Shown in pieces: positions 1-13,276 of a DNA stretch of 64,000 bases. Position numbers and translations under genes: made by a program. Below the pieces are notes generated by a model. It was not told where the DNA came from. It did not search any database and saw only the letters and a program-made list of their open reading frames with translations. Each line of letters opens with the position of its first letter. Within the stretch, counting starts at the first letter, position 1. Source of the stretch: Tubulanus polymorphus (lineage: Eukaryota; Animalia; Nemertea). Where the stretch lies: contig NC_134036.1 of assembly GCF_964204645.1 (NCBI RefSeq), positions 9,465,859-9,529,858 on the forward strand. Reading direction: 5' to 3'.

Positions 1-1340
1 ATGCAAACATCCTTTAGGTCTTTTTGCCGTGTGATGATGTGGTCAATCAGGTGACAGTGTTTAGACCTTGGGTGCATCCAGGACGCTTTGTGTTTTTCAG
101 GGAGCTCAAAGTAAGTATTCGTCAAGGCAAGACTATGCTGAGAGCAGGTGGAGAGTAGGAGTGTACCATTGGTGTTCGAGTGGCCGATTCCATGATGGCC
201 CAGTTCCTTAGGTCATGTGGCATGATCACGTCCAACTCATGCATTGAAGTCGCCCATGAGAAATAATCTGTGGTTTTCAGGGGTTACCATGATTATTCTG
301 TTTAGCCCATCGTAGAACTCCTCTTTGGTGTCCTCGCTGTGCATCATTGTGGGTGCATATGCGCTCACAACGGTCATGTTATGCGAGCCCGACTTTATGC
401 GTAGTACCAATAGACGTTCAGATATCCCTTCTGGGGCTATCTCTAGGTCTTTCATCAAGTCGGTTCTGATGGCAAAGCCAACTCCAGCATTCCTTGGGGT
501 ACCCTCTGGTAGACCTTTCCAGTAGAAAGTGTAGCCAGAATCTGACAGCTTGCCTTCCCCACTAAATCTCGTTTCACTTAGTGCTGCGATGTCGATACCA
601 TACTTTTCTAGTGTTTTAGCAATGATCGCTGTTCTGCGTTCTAACTGACGATCATTGTCGACTACTAGTGTTCTGACAATACATTCCAAGATGCGAAATA
701 TAGTTTCTTCTGACCGTTTCTACCGCATGATTGGATTACTAACCAGGCGCGGCTGCCTGATAAGTTTAGGTGTGACAGGCGATGTTTGAGACATCTTTTC
801 TAGTCTCTTCCTCATTCAAGGAGAGCAGCGTTAATCCTAAAGAGGCCTGCTCTTGACATCTGGACAGGATACGAATCTGTCACGATTCTTGGCTGAGCGA
901 CCATCCTATCCAGATCGCCTTACGTGTATAGTCTTGCCTTGTAGCTTCCAGCAGTATCCTCCACCTGCTACCGTCAGTATTTCTCCATCGCCGAAGGACT
1001 TGTGAAAAAAAGCTTTGAGAAGCTGTTGACCTGCACGTATTGTAAGTGGGTGTTGTTTGTGCAGAGCAAGACCCACTCTCACGCCTGCAGCAGTCATGCT
1101 CCATCTGGTGCCACTGGGACCACAAGCTGGAGGCTGGAGCAGATTCAGATCAATTGCCTTGTAGCGCTTAAGGATTTGATCTATCCTGGTTTTGAGGTCG
1201 GTGATGTCCTTCACTTAGGAAGGCTGCCATTATCCTTCCTGTCCGGGTTTGAAATCAGTGTTTTCCGTCACCTAGGAAGGCTGCCATTATCCAAGGCTGC
1301 GACCCCTCCCTGCCCTGGGAAGATGCCTTGCAGGGCTTAT
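1..1340 (-). mobile_element. RTE-clade LINE, 5' portion (5' UTR and AP endonuclease); continues past the window start
   Basis: The minus-strand translation has the RTE APE signature (VRTL..ERRTAIIA..L..YGIDIAALSETR..GEG..GYTFYW.G..GVGFAI..SAYAPT..MGDFNA). Downstream SWMHPRSK.CHLIDH is visible near 40-85. The upstream GC-richer segment looks like a 5' UTR; its outer boundary is approximate. Confidence 0.88.
237..689 (-). pseudogene. LINE apurinic/apyrimidinic endonuclease domain, interrupted by an in-frame stop after GDFNA
   Basis: ORF 237-689 carries the APE motifs SETR, GVGF, SAYAPT and GDFNA. Homology continues beyond the TGA stop. Confidence 0.88.
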
Positions 1341-3572
1341 GGTCCCTTACCAGAACATGTTTTTGAATAACGTTATTAGCAATGTCTCTATTGGAACCGC
1401 TGGACCGTAAAAATGTCTCTCTCTCTATCTACGTCTCCGCTACTGCCGCTTCTGCTACTCATTTCAGCGAGTCGAAAATACTTCAAATATTTTGCAGTAA
1501 AAATACGTGCGTAAATCAACTGAAGAAAAAATGATTAAGCAACCGAAATTCACGTGTTTGCAGTTATCCTCGTTTAAGTTTGTTCACTGATTGCTATATA
1601 TGTTATGAGGTCATCTTATCATCGAAGCTCATACACTCGACAAAAGCGAGTTAAATACGCGCGGAAATATTCAAATCCAAATTTCCAATTTAATGAATAT
1701 TCATCGTCAAACATGAATTTTTTTCTGTATATGATCGCCAATATACTTTATGATCAAAGATTCCAAACACCCATATAACATTGTTAAGTGTTCGGAGATT
1801 TTTGAAACGTTGGATTCTAATCAATTTTGAATCCATAGCTGCGTAGAAAGGAGCGTTGTTATGAAACGTGTTAATAAAATAATTTGATCACAATAAAGTT
1901 TTTGATATTTGCATTTTTACTACCACCTAACTATACTGGACGCGCTTCCGAAATTGTATTTCACGCTACTACAATTACGCAGGTCCCATGCTGAAAGTCA
2001 TTAAATTAAAATTGAAACCGCAATTTATTTATTTTATATTTAGAAAATGAAACTTAAATCAAATTCAATTGAACATAGATACGCCTATCTGATATATTCC
2101 TCAGCCTCCTCGCAGAGCCATTCACCAGAGATTTGGATGTTCAAATCTAAGGTAAATCATATTATATATAATGCATGATATATTATATAATGCATAGGTA
2201 GTGATTCGTGCAAAGTATCGCGTAGTGTCGTGTTTTTAGACAATCTGTATGCCTTATTTTGTGATTTAGAGAAAAAAATATTTGTTTGAAAATCAAGATT
2301 TATCATCGACAGAATCTGAAGATTGCGTTGGATTCAAACTACTTTGGTTATAAGGATCTAGCACATCCATTCCTATTTGAAATATCCTGCATATTTCAGC
2401 GTTTTTTTAGAATCGACTATCACTGAAAACATACTGAATAGATTTTACAGCAAGGCGTATATGTTAAATGCCTCGCGTCGTTCATTACATATGTTTCATG
2501 CATGCTTCCATATCAGATTTACTCACGAGGGTTTTGCGCGCCACAGTCTTTTGAAAAACAGCAAATTGTTAATGCATATAAATCACGATATCATTCTAAA
2601 CCTAATGTTGATATCATGTAATGTACGAAAACATTTATTAGTAGATTGGAAAATGTCTTAGAAGATGGTAACGCTTTGTTCCTAGCGTGGGAATCTTGTA
2701 TGGTTATAGGCAGCAACGATTGTCTCCTTGGAATAAGAATTTGAAAATATGTTTTCGATTATAATCGATTATCCATGTTGTATTGAGAGAGATATAGTTT
2801 CATTTCTAGGAGGGAAAACCTTATTCCTCGGTCTTGCTAGTCTCCATTCAAGGACCGGTCGCTCAAAATTTGGTAACAGTCAGCCAGTGAATAGTTGACG
2901 TAGTAATAGTTAAAAGTTCATCATTACTATGCTATTCGTCTGCCGCATATCTTTAACCATTTCTTTTATCTACTTTGAAGATTTTGGGATTTTTACCTCG
3001 GGGATTTCTACCCAGGGGATTTTTAACTTCATCCACATACCAGGCTGGGCAAAAATTAAGTTTATGACCCGGGTGACGGTCTAGATCACGGGACTATAAT
3101 TGCGACTGTGCGTGATGTCTGTATAACTATGGTCTACGGTATTTATTCGCCAGTCAGGACCGCACCCAGTGGTCGACAGGGATACGCGCAGGGTCACTTT
3201 ATGATCGCAGATGTAAGAACAGAAGAACGGTTGGTCACTCGTCAGAATAATGTATTCCACATACAGGGACCGAAGATGAGCGAAAATATTGAAATATACC
3301 GTATGAAAAATTGATGTTCAGAAATTCTAAAAGGGGACAGCTCAATAAATATAACGACTGTCCTTGAGAGACCAAACTAGAAAAACACTTTGCGCGAGTA
3401 AATAGTGATCCGCGCGTGGGTTGATTTTGAAATGCCGGGTGCGCATCGATTCGGCTCGACAAAACACCGATATAGATTTCACGCAATATCAAGCTGTGCA
3501 ATCATTGGTATAATTTATGAACTATTTCGCACAGCGTGTTTTATTCTTTCGCTGACTGTTCCTGCTTTCTAG

Positions 3573-3616
3573 CGACGAGATATTTTCATTTCGAAAGTTG
3601 AACAGGTTAGAAGAAG
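3573..3616 (+). other. Possible small non-coding (5' UTR) exon
   Basis: Polypyrimidine tract ending TTTCTAG| and a strong donor AAG|GTAAGC. Based on splice signals only. Confidence 0.3.
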
Positions 3617-5304
3617 GTAAGCCCAGAGATGAAATATTATTCAATTATTTCCTAATCGAACGTTCGTTGTCAATGGATGCAGAATCAAAGTATCATGAGA
3701 AAATCTTGATTATGGATTTTATGCGGCGTAATTAAAATACGTGACATGGGCGAATACGTTCATTAGTTAACTGGATTATATTAGGGCCTGAATTTTCAGT
3801 AAAATATATCGGACAAAATAGTTTCATATTCCAACCGTTCTCACTCTTGATTCAAATACTAATATTAACAGCTGTCATGTTAAGAGAATTGAATTGAAAT
3901 GTGAATAATGTATAAAACGTATTAAGTGTAAAATGGATGAGCGAATTTTCTACATAAACTTTCCTATATTGAATACAGCAGCCGAACCTGAGGCCACTCC
4001 CTAAGTAAATAACATACGTAGTGTTATAGCATATTTATGAGGATTATTCATTGACGTGTCACTGATCATCCCATCTAGTTAAGTTACATATTCTGAGTGT
4101 TTCAACATTTAACCACATGAAGACATTAGATTACACAATCTCGCGTTTTAAAGATAAGATACGAATTAACAATGGTTACCTTTATCACATATAACGCCTA
4201 TTCAACCAAAAATAATTTACAGAAATGTGCTAAACGATTTAGCTCATCGATCACCGATATCAGTTTCCAATCGACATCAGGCTGTACAAACATCGGTATA
4301 ATTCAGCAAATTTTAAATAAGACATCACACGTAACGTGTTTCATTCATTCGTCGACAGGTTCTGGTTCGGGAAACGAGAAATATTCACTTCGACAGTTTA
4401 ATACGTTAGAAGATTCGACAAAACACCATTAAATTGTAAAAGTAAAGATTAGAGAGAGTAAGAAGATTAATCGTTTCATTAATTTCATCACATTAAGTGA
4501 GAATCCAACGCCTGTTTAAACTAGTGAACGTATTCATTTCGGTCAAACTCGGCTCGTCTACGTTATGGGTGGTTTTTGGTTGAGATTGGGTATTAAAAAC
4601 TAGTAGAGAAAAGTGGTTACAGTCGTACACGCGATGAATTGAGAAGTCCGACTATGGAATTCGGACCGCGATCAGGTGGAAACGCATTTCTAAATCAAAT
4701 GCGTTTGACACCTACATAAATAGGCCTAAGGATTTACATTCATTCAAATGAATCTTGTGTTTTAGAAACAACGCCTCGTCGGGTAAATGACTTCAATCTA
4801 TCAACGCTGGTGTTACGAATACAAACAAAAACTGATTTCCAACGAATAACCCAATATTATATATGAAGGCCATCACCACACAGAAAAACTGCGACGGAAA
4901 CTTGCTTGTGTGATTTCAAACGCACCCGTGCGTGTTTGTGTAATGACAAACGCAAGCGATGTGGCCGCTCCGCAATCAGGGCCAGAGAAACAATCGCCCG
5001 ATTTAGTTCCAAGATGTAAAACAAAATTAAATCAACATAGTCCAGTGTAACAAAAAAAACAAATATTCACTGAATGGTTCATAACTATTATTATCACTTA
5101 TATATTATTATTATCACGGATTGCTGAGACCGACAAAACTCTGTATGCTTCACATTCCGGCATTCAAACCGGCAATGTAGAAAACCCGTTAGCGCTTACT
5201 CACACTAGGTCATTCACTCAGAACCTGACGAAGACCGTTGAAGAATCAAAATTTTGGATTTACCCAAATGCATGATTGCTGATATATTTCCATTCAAATT
5301 CTAG

Positions 5305-5386
5305 GTTACAAAAATGGTTGCGTATTTGATGAATCGTGTATGTGCTGTTGTTGTGATTGTGGTCAGTGCCGCGTCATTAGCAGAAG
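5305..5386 (+). CDS. Candidate first coding exon of a secreted or membrane host protein (signal peptide MVAYLMNRVCAVVVIVVSAASLAE-G)
   Basis: Acceptor TTCTAG| at 5304, ATG at 5314 in AAAATGG context, hydrophobic core, small-residue cleavage site (SLA), and a phase-1 donor AAG|GTGAGT at 5387. Downstream exons were not identified. Confidence 0.6.
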
Positions 5387-6139
5387 GTGAGTAACGACTG
5401 GGAAAATCTTACGCAATTTCGTAGGATTTCGTGAAATATATAAATTGAAGTCGCAATTATCAATTCACATTCAGAAGTTGATTTTCGTTGGATGGATTCA
5501 TTTGATGAAGTAGTTTTCAGATATATCATAAATAACTTGTGTTCTGACGAAAGTTAATTGACGTACAATATTATTCTTATGAACACGCATTTCCTATCAC
5601 CCACATTGTCGGAATGACCACCGGTACTACACCTGGGATGGGGGTTCGAGTTTTTCTAAAAACTAAGGGCAAATGTGTTTCACTTCAAATTTCATTCAGA
5701 ATTTCATGCTTTTTTTAAATAAAGGTTGCCGTGCAAAAGCCGCGTATTGCAGTATTGACGCTGTGTGTTGCAGCAATAATTGTTCCGCGGGAACGTGTTC
5801 CTAATTGTTGGTGATTATTTGGTTCGTAATGGGATATACCTGTGGTGGTTTGGAAAGCATATGATTATGAAACTGAAGCAGTCAGGTTACCGTCCGAGTC
5901 TGAAACATCGCGAATTGAATTTATATTTTTAAGCCATTCTTCAAATCTTGTGTTATAATTAGATTCAATAAAACTGCAAGTAAAAAAATATTTATCGGGT
6001 TTTTAGCTGTTTATGATTTCCTAGCCTTCAGTATAGCTATTTGTTGGTAAGGATATTCGACATTGATCTCCATCGCCCACGTCGTCGGAATAGGTTGTCA
6101 TCATAGGACAGCAATCTTGAGTCTGATCGACCCAATTTA

Positions 6140-6482
6140 TGTTATGCTGATGGGCCCTGGGGGGATTTACACATATCCTAAAGATCAAGGTAATTAATCA
6201 AAGCGTCATTAAAATTTCCCTCAAAAAGTTCAAAAATGTGTAAAAAGTGTTGATTTTGGCGAACAACAATGACTGCCAGTCGGCCATCTTGATTTTGACA
6301 GGGCCAGTTTATGGGCTGAAGATGTGTCTAGGGTAGATACATGTGTAACCAAAAATCAAGACATTATATTGAAGCGTCTTCAAAACTTCCCAAAATAACT
6401 GGATTCCGTCTACGGACGGACGGACGACGGCTGAAAAGTGAACGCAATAGCGCGATGGGACTAAAGTCCCAAGTGGGCTAAA
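6140..6482. mobile_element. Non-autonomous Helentron-associated (HINE/DINE-1-like) element end
   Basis: (ACGG)n microsatellite at ~6412-6430, terminal hairpin GGGACTAAAGTCCC, GCTAAA end, and internal ~180-bp degenerate repeats (AAGATCAAG..AAAGCGTC / AAAATCAAG..GAAGCGTC). Left boundary approximate. Confidence 0.55.
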
Positions 6483-6992
6483 GAGGGTGATAATGGTGAA
6501 TGTCGTAGTTTATGGTCCTCAGCCAGAAACTTTTAGATAAAGTCCTAAATTTTTAAAAATCTAGAAAAGACAATTATGCGGTCATCTATGATGCACGGCA
6601 AATTGTGTCAAATTATGCACGGCAAATTATTATTAAAAATTAACCATGCGGGTATCTATGATGTGTCGATTAGTAGCTGATTAATTTCTCCCTTACTTTG
6701 TAGTTTTTGGGCTTTTCTTTTTGATTACTTTCCATGAGAATCTAGATTAAAGAATAAAGATAAGCTGATGATAACACGCTTTCACTAAATCTCGTAAACA
6801 AAATTTAATATATGAATTGCAAGTAGCAATCAATGAAAATTTTATACCCACTTATCAAGACTTATGCAGAGGCTAGATATTATTTTGGCAACAATTAATA
6901 TGTTAAGAAAATATATATACCTCTGTGCTTCTCGAGAAAATCATCTTCTGAATTATTCTCGGAAGAATCAGCTAACGATATGAAGTAAATGT

Positions 6993-8340
6993 TTATAAAA
7001 TTGAGGGAATGACAGCAATGTTTGTCTTGTCTTCTGTTGAGGGAATAATGTAAACATATAATACATTGTACATAATTGAGAGTTTACACTCAAACAGGTA
7101 ATAAGTGATAAGCTGAATTATTCCACCTTCAATGTTTAGGGATGATGTTATAGGGAATTTTGCAATACTACGTAATCTATTCATTTCAAGCTTAACTAAG
7201 TCACTAACTTTAATTTTCTGTTCATTGAGGTCTAGTATATGTAGTCCTGACAGTTTAGTGGCACGACTTAGAGCTACATAGTGCAAGTGAGATTCTGCTC
7301 TACCAGATAAGTCCACAACTACCTGATCTAATGTAGACCCCTGGGCCCTATGTACTGTTTTCGCCGCTGAAGCACGCAAGGGAAATTGTATTCTGTCGAC
7401 TGTAGCATTACGTGATCGACCAACTTGTAAAGACTTTTTAACTGGCATTATCGGAGTCCAGTTAGCAAAGGTAAGCTGCTTCTGTAGCTGCATTGTTTTG
7501 CGATCGTCTGAAGGTATTAATGAAATGATTGTTTTAGCTGCTGCCGAAGTAACATTAGAAGAGACATTATCACGAGCCTGAATGACATATCTTTCTAAGC
7601 CAGAAGTTTCATGAATCAAATTGTTATGATATTGTACTTTACTGTTTGTTATATAAAGATGTGGTAGTTTATGTAGTTCTGGAGCAGAAGCGTTTGCTAG
7701 TCGAGTCTTTAGAAGTTTAATATCTTGATTTGTATGATTACCTTCACGTAGACGATTCTGCAAATTTGCTAATGGAAGACATTCTTTTTGGCGCACAATT
7801 TCATGGAGTTCATACATTTTGAACAGATCTTTCCATAAATTACAGGCCAATGAACCATAATTTTGGTTTAAATCTTCAAATAAATATCCGTCCATAACGG
7901 GCTTCAGCTGATATAAGTCGCCCACACACAAGACAGACACTCCACCAAAAGGTGTAGCTAAACCCGTTATTTCTTGTAAACGTTTGTGTAGGACATAAAA
8001 CATCTTTTTTCCTACCATCGAAACTTCATCAATAATCAACAAGCTAAGATCACCTAAAGCACATCTGAGGTTATTAAGTTTTTCTGACTGAAGGGGTTGC
8101 CATGCCAGCGCTTGGTTTGGCAATATTTTAAACGCAGAGTGAATTGTAGAACCGTTAATATTGAAAGCTGCTTTTCCAGTGGGTGCTACCATCATTACTT
8201 TTGTTTTAGTGTAATCACTTCCTGCTCGAGTATTGTAGAATTTAATCACAGCTTGATTTACTGCATGAATGAATCTGCTTTTTCCTACACCTCCAGCACC
8301 AGAAAGGAAGACATGAAATGGCTCAACAGAAGTTTTGACT
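6993..8340 (-). pseudogene. Pif1-family helicase domain of RepHel
   Basis: FLSGAGGVGKS (Walker A, ~8277-8310), APTGKAA, IIDEVSM, GDLYQLKPV, QFPLRASAAKTVHRAQGSTL, YVALSRA. Confidence 0.93.
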
Positions 8341-8995
8341 AGATGCAGTATCTCTAAAAAAACAATTTTTGAGATTTGTTTAAAGAATTAAGTAGGGACA
8401 AGTATTCTTGTTCTTCAAGTTCATTTTGGATGTAGTTCTCTTCTTGACTTGCACACCCAATGCCAAAATCCAAAGCAAGATCAGTTGTAGCATATTCCCG
8501 ATGCGTTGGATGTAGAGAAGCATAATATGCACTATCACTGTCTCCATTTTCTTCTGCATTTAATTGTTGAGTATTTGGGGCAAGTATATCCCAACTATCC
8601 TCTAATTCCTGAATTTCACCTCAATTTGCAATCGCAAAATCTAACTCCAGTGAAGCAGGTTCCAAGGCAGTCATGTTTCTTTTTATGACATCTAAATGGT
8701 GTTGATAATTAGCTTTGTAATCATTATATGGGGATAATAGATCTGACTCTTTAATCCATGGGGTATACAACATTAATTTTTCTCGATAAAAATTATCAGG
8801 ATCAATTTCTTCACTGAAGCGGACATATCTGAGAATCTTAGCTTTAGTGCGTTTCTTCAATTCTGTAGAATTCTGTAAGTTTGCTTCAGAGATGTTTTTC
8901 ATCAAGTCATCATGGTTGAGTATCAAATCATCCTCAGTTTGTTGTTCTTCAAGAGGATATCCATCATCAGTGATATTTACATTTTTTTTTCTTTT

Positions 8996-10652
8996 CTATT
9001 TCTTAGAGATATCATACCAAGCTGCAAATTCTGCAAGGCATTTATCTTTCGTCTGCAATGGGCGTTTTGTGTAGCGTTCGATTAATCCACCATACCGAAT
9101 ATTTATGTCATCATCTTTCATTTTATCAATGATATCTGATGGTTTTAGCAAATGAACCCTTTGGTCTGGGTGTGATGTATTTATGAATACAAAAGATCTT
9201 GATGATTTTCTCAATGGCATTTGCGGAAGTAAATACACAGGTTCTTGGGCTGAAATGTCGATGTTGTTCAATAATTTATTGCCAATAGCTCTCACCTGCT
9301 ATTTGATATCAGAATTTGTATATAACGCTTCTTCACATGCTTGTCTCATTAGCTGGCTTGTTCCTTTTTGGCTTTTGGACAAATATGATGCTACATACAC
9401 AGCACATGAATATACATCTAATATGAATTGGATATCAATGTTAGCCTGCCAAGCATTTAAGATAACATAATTATACCCGTTGACGTAACATTGAGAGCGA
9501 TTACGTCTAAGAAACACAGTTGCAGTATGGAGTTGACTTCTTAATGCTAAAAGATATTCACTTTCAGACAGAGAAAGGTTCTCCAAAAACTGTTCATATG
9601 TTTGAGATTCATCATCACACTTGTCATTCAATTTGGTTTTGATTTGGTCATATATACGAAAGTGGTGCAACTCGTCTTTCTTGGGCATCTCTTTATCCAG
9701 AAGTGTGAGAATACAAGTGTTCTTCATAGGGGGTTTGGGAAATCCAAAACGGCATTTTGTTTTGCTGCCAATTTTTCTTTTACAGGCAAAGGAATGTTTA
9801 TGGATTTGTAGGTTGATTAAATCACCAACTGCAGAGCTGTCATTGTTCTGACATGATATTAGTGTGTCAATGAACTCTGTCACCTTAGTATCTGGGTCTT
9901 TACCGAAGACAGGTGCATTGTGAAACCATACCAACATGTGGACATGTGGTGATCCACGATGCTGAAACTCAATTCGATAAAAGAAATCTTTTGCAGTTCC
10001 AAGTGAAGTAAACTTTGAAAACAGAATATGTTTCATAAAACATTGTACCTGGTAATCGAAGTGCCGTGCACAGGTGACCGGGTCACTTTGAATTAAACGA
10101 TATTTTGTTTTCCAACTGAATTTTCTAATTTCTTCATCAGTATAAATTCTAAGGTCAATTATTTCACCAAGGATCCTTAGTAAATGTATCCATCTCGTCT
10201 CAGCTGCACTCAAAGTAAGAAAGACAGTAGCTGGTCCAAGTTGACGGATCATGGCAAACAAATCCTTCTTTGCCTGTTCAAAATAGGCGGGAGAACCACG
10301 GATAGTTTTTAGTAACCTGGATCCTTCGTTGAGATTAACTAAAGCATTACTTTGACCACCTTTAACATCTTAAGCAGTTATAGTAGCACCATTTGTTTTA
10401 TACTTTCTTACAGCCAGCTGAACTTTATCAAGAAGCATTTTCATTTGCAGTTTTTTGGTCTTAAAAAACAAATTATCAACAGAATTACTTACACGCCTGT
10501 CACTACGTCGTACCTCAGATTTACAGAGCTCACTGTAAAACACTTGTGTTTGAGAGAGTTCATCTAACTTTCGAGCTTGGCCGCAAAATATACCAGGGAA
10601 TGCTAATTCTACTGCATATTTGTCTTGAAATATACTTTTAGGTCTATTCCTC
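8996..10652 (-). pseudogene. HUH replication-initiator (Rep) domain of RepHel
   Basis: FLTLSAAE, YRIEFQHRGSPHVHMLVW (HUH motif), QIHKHSFAC, CRFGFP, YVASYLSKS (two catalytic Tyr), ISAQE. Confidence 0.93.
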
Positions 10653-13276
10653 TGTGGCGAAAATTGTCAATATCTGGGGTGGGTTTGACCACAAAATGTC
10701 GGTCTTTGGTGAAATTATATTATGTATTTCGGAATGGCCTTAAGCCGTTCTTTTCTCATTGTTTCTTTTTAGATGTACGTATTCCGGGATGGGGCTGGGT
10801 GTTCTGCGGCGATGTTTCGGGATCTTTTCGGCTCAATTTCAATCTGACAGATTTTTGGCAGTCCTGTCAGATTCCAATTTCACGACCTGGGCAGGCCCCC
10901 GCGGTGTTGGCCACGCCACATCGCGGTGACATTAGCGATTTTTCGGCGCCTGTCCAGGCCATTCTTTTATCCTCCACCTACCTATTAGTGTGTGTTCTCC
11001 TTTTTATATTCGAGACCCAACTTCTTTGATTTTGGGCCGTTTTGGTTCCGTCTCGTCGCCGGAGAATTCTCCAGCCCTGCTCGTGTTTACGCTCGTTTTT
11101 ACGACGCCGTTCGCTGGCGCCGCCTCACTTCCGTGAGAGCGTTTTCGCGGTGGTGCGGTTAACTCCGGTTTATTTTTAGTAAATATCTCCGTATCGGTCT
11201 TATAGTCGTCATTTTTTCGCGTTAATCTTAAAATATTATAGAACTTAATTCTATTTCTCGCGTATGAAGTCTTTATTTAGGGTTTTATCATTCGTCACGG
11301 TCGAATGATTTCGCGTGCTCTACTTTGTCCGCGGATCGTATCACTGCTCGTCACGCTTGACCAATCACCGCGTGCGTTGACCGCATGAAAACTATAAATT
11401 TGGCGCAATCGCGCTCATTGGCAACTTGGCTCTGGCAGAGCCACATTAGAAACTCTTCTTGCTGCCTCTTCACCGTTTTACGAATCGGACGCTGTAAATC
11501 GTACAGATCATGTAAGAAGACAATTTTACTCTCTAGTTAAGACACGGGCCTCCGGGTCGTCTGACCCCGGGATCGCTGCAGTGGTTTTTGACATCCCGCC
11601 CTCAGTGAGTCCCGAGTGCCGACGCACCCGGGGGTCGTGTAGTCGTCGGCCATGGGCTGCCGATAAACTCGTCACTTACAATCCTGTAAATATTGTAAAT
11701 TCTCCGTCAGTTCATCGTCTGTTTAAATTCAATCCTCTGACGATGCCAACTTAACGCTCTCGTCGCTGTAATTAGTAATAGTAATAATAATAGTATGGTA
11801 GGCCTATATCTTCTGTGCTATTTCCGTAATTTTACTCCGAGATGTCGTTTCTGCTGACCATGAAAATCACCTGTATTCAGTAACTCCTTTTTCGAACGAA
11901 CGCGCGGTCGTTTCATCTTCTTGACGTCGCCTCTGAATTTCGACTCTTTGAGTTCGCGTCACCGACATTTTGAATTTGGCGCGCAGTCGTTGATTAACGA
12001 CAACGCTCGTCGTTAACTATTTGACGCTCCGTCGTATAATTCTTATCGTTGATTGAAGACAACGCTCGTCGTTAACTATTTGACGCTCCGTCGTATAATT
12101 CTTATCGTTGATTAACGACAACGCTCGTCGTTAACTATTTGACGCTCCGTCGTATAATTCATATCGTTGATTAACGACCACGCTCGTCGTTAACTATTTG
12201 ACGCTCCGTCGTATAATTCTTATCGTTGATTGAAGACAACGCTCGTCGTTAACTATTTGACGCTCCGTCGTATAATTCTTATCGTTGATTAACGACAACG
12301 CTCGTCGTTAACTACTTGACGCTCCGTCGTTAACATCTTAATCGTTGATTACGTAGCTTCGACGCTCGTTTACTGAGACCTAAGTGATATTAGATACACA
12401 CCGGAGTCCGCCGCGCCACCGCTTCTATTTGACGTTCGGTCGTCTCCTTTGTATGCTACCGTACATTGACTGTACCAAGGCTTTGCAAGCCATGAAGGGC
12501 ACATTCTTTTTATATATCGAAATGTAAATAATCAAGGTGTTTTGCGTGTGGACATGATGTCCCCTTGGCATCAAGAACGATGAACTTTGTATTATAAGAA
12601 AATATATATATTTAATAATTCGTACTACATTCCAATCAAACTTCGAATCTTGCGTTTATTTGATTCGCCGGCACTGGAGGGAAGGACGAGGATTTCTGTT
12701 TGTTTTCCTGCTGCATCAAACCCATTTAGTTCTACGTGAGGATCGTTCCCCTATTGACCGTCGCTACGGACAACACTTATGCATACGACTAGTTTGACAG
12801 ATCTGGCATGAGTCGCAATTAGCTCCTGAGATGACGGGGGACAGCTGTGCGAGAGGGCACTTGGAATGGGGGTAGCCATATCCGCCGAGTAATCAACACT
12901 GCGAGTTTCGTCCGAGGAAAGCCCCTAAAGCGGATTACTCTGAGGAGAGCGGGTTGGGGGGTCTGTATTGGCCACACAGATTAAGGCTACGTGGAGTAGG
13001 GAGGCGACTGTTTGGAGGAGAGCGTACTGCTTAAGCGCCCTTTTTAGCGACATTTTTTAATAGAGGAACCGATTCTACATGTTTTATATCATTTACTTTC
13101 CTGGGGAAGACAAGAGTCTCCTTGCCGTATTCACTACCCGAGTGCGGTCGACCCAGGCGGACCCGTGTAGCGAGCGCCCCGGCACAGCAGAGTGACTACG
13201 ACTACGCTACCTATGGACAACAGCAGTCACTACCTGAATTACTATTTTTTTCTATGTTTACACTACAACCGCTACA
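10653..13276. mobile_element. Long (2624 bp) solo LTR, probably Gypsy-type, inserted in the Helitron
   Basis: TG...CA ends with imperfect inverted termini TGTGGCG / CGCTACA and a 4-bp target-site duplication CCTC (10649-10652, 13277-13280). Removing it restores the Helitron frame APGE-RNRPKSIFQDKY. No pol ORF inside. Confidence 0.82.
11987..12349. repeat. 59-bp tandem repeat, about 6 copies, inside the solo LTR
   Basis: Unit TCGTTGATTAACGACAACGCTCGTCGTTAACTATTTGACGCTCCGTCGTATAATTCTTA, with near-identical copies and no unique spacers. Confidence 0.95.

Noticed and set aside
5222-5255. Hammerhead ribozyme (CTGACGA)
   Set aside because: No matching stem II or GAAA box.
11987-12349. CRISPR-like array of palindromic repeats
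   Set aside because: The intervening sequences are identical rather than unique spacers, there are no cas genes, and it lies within a eukaryotic LTR.
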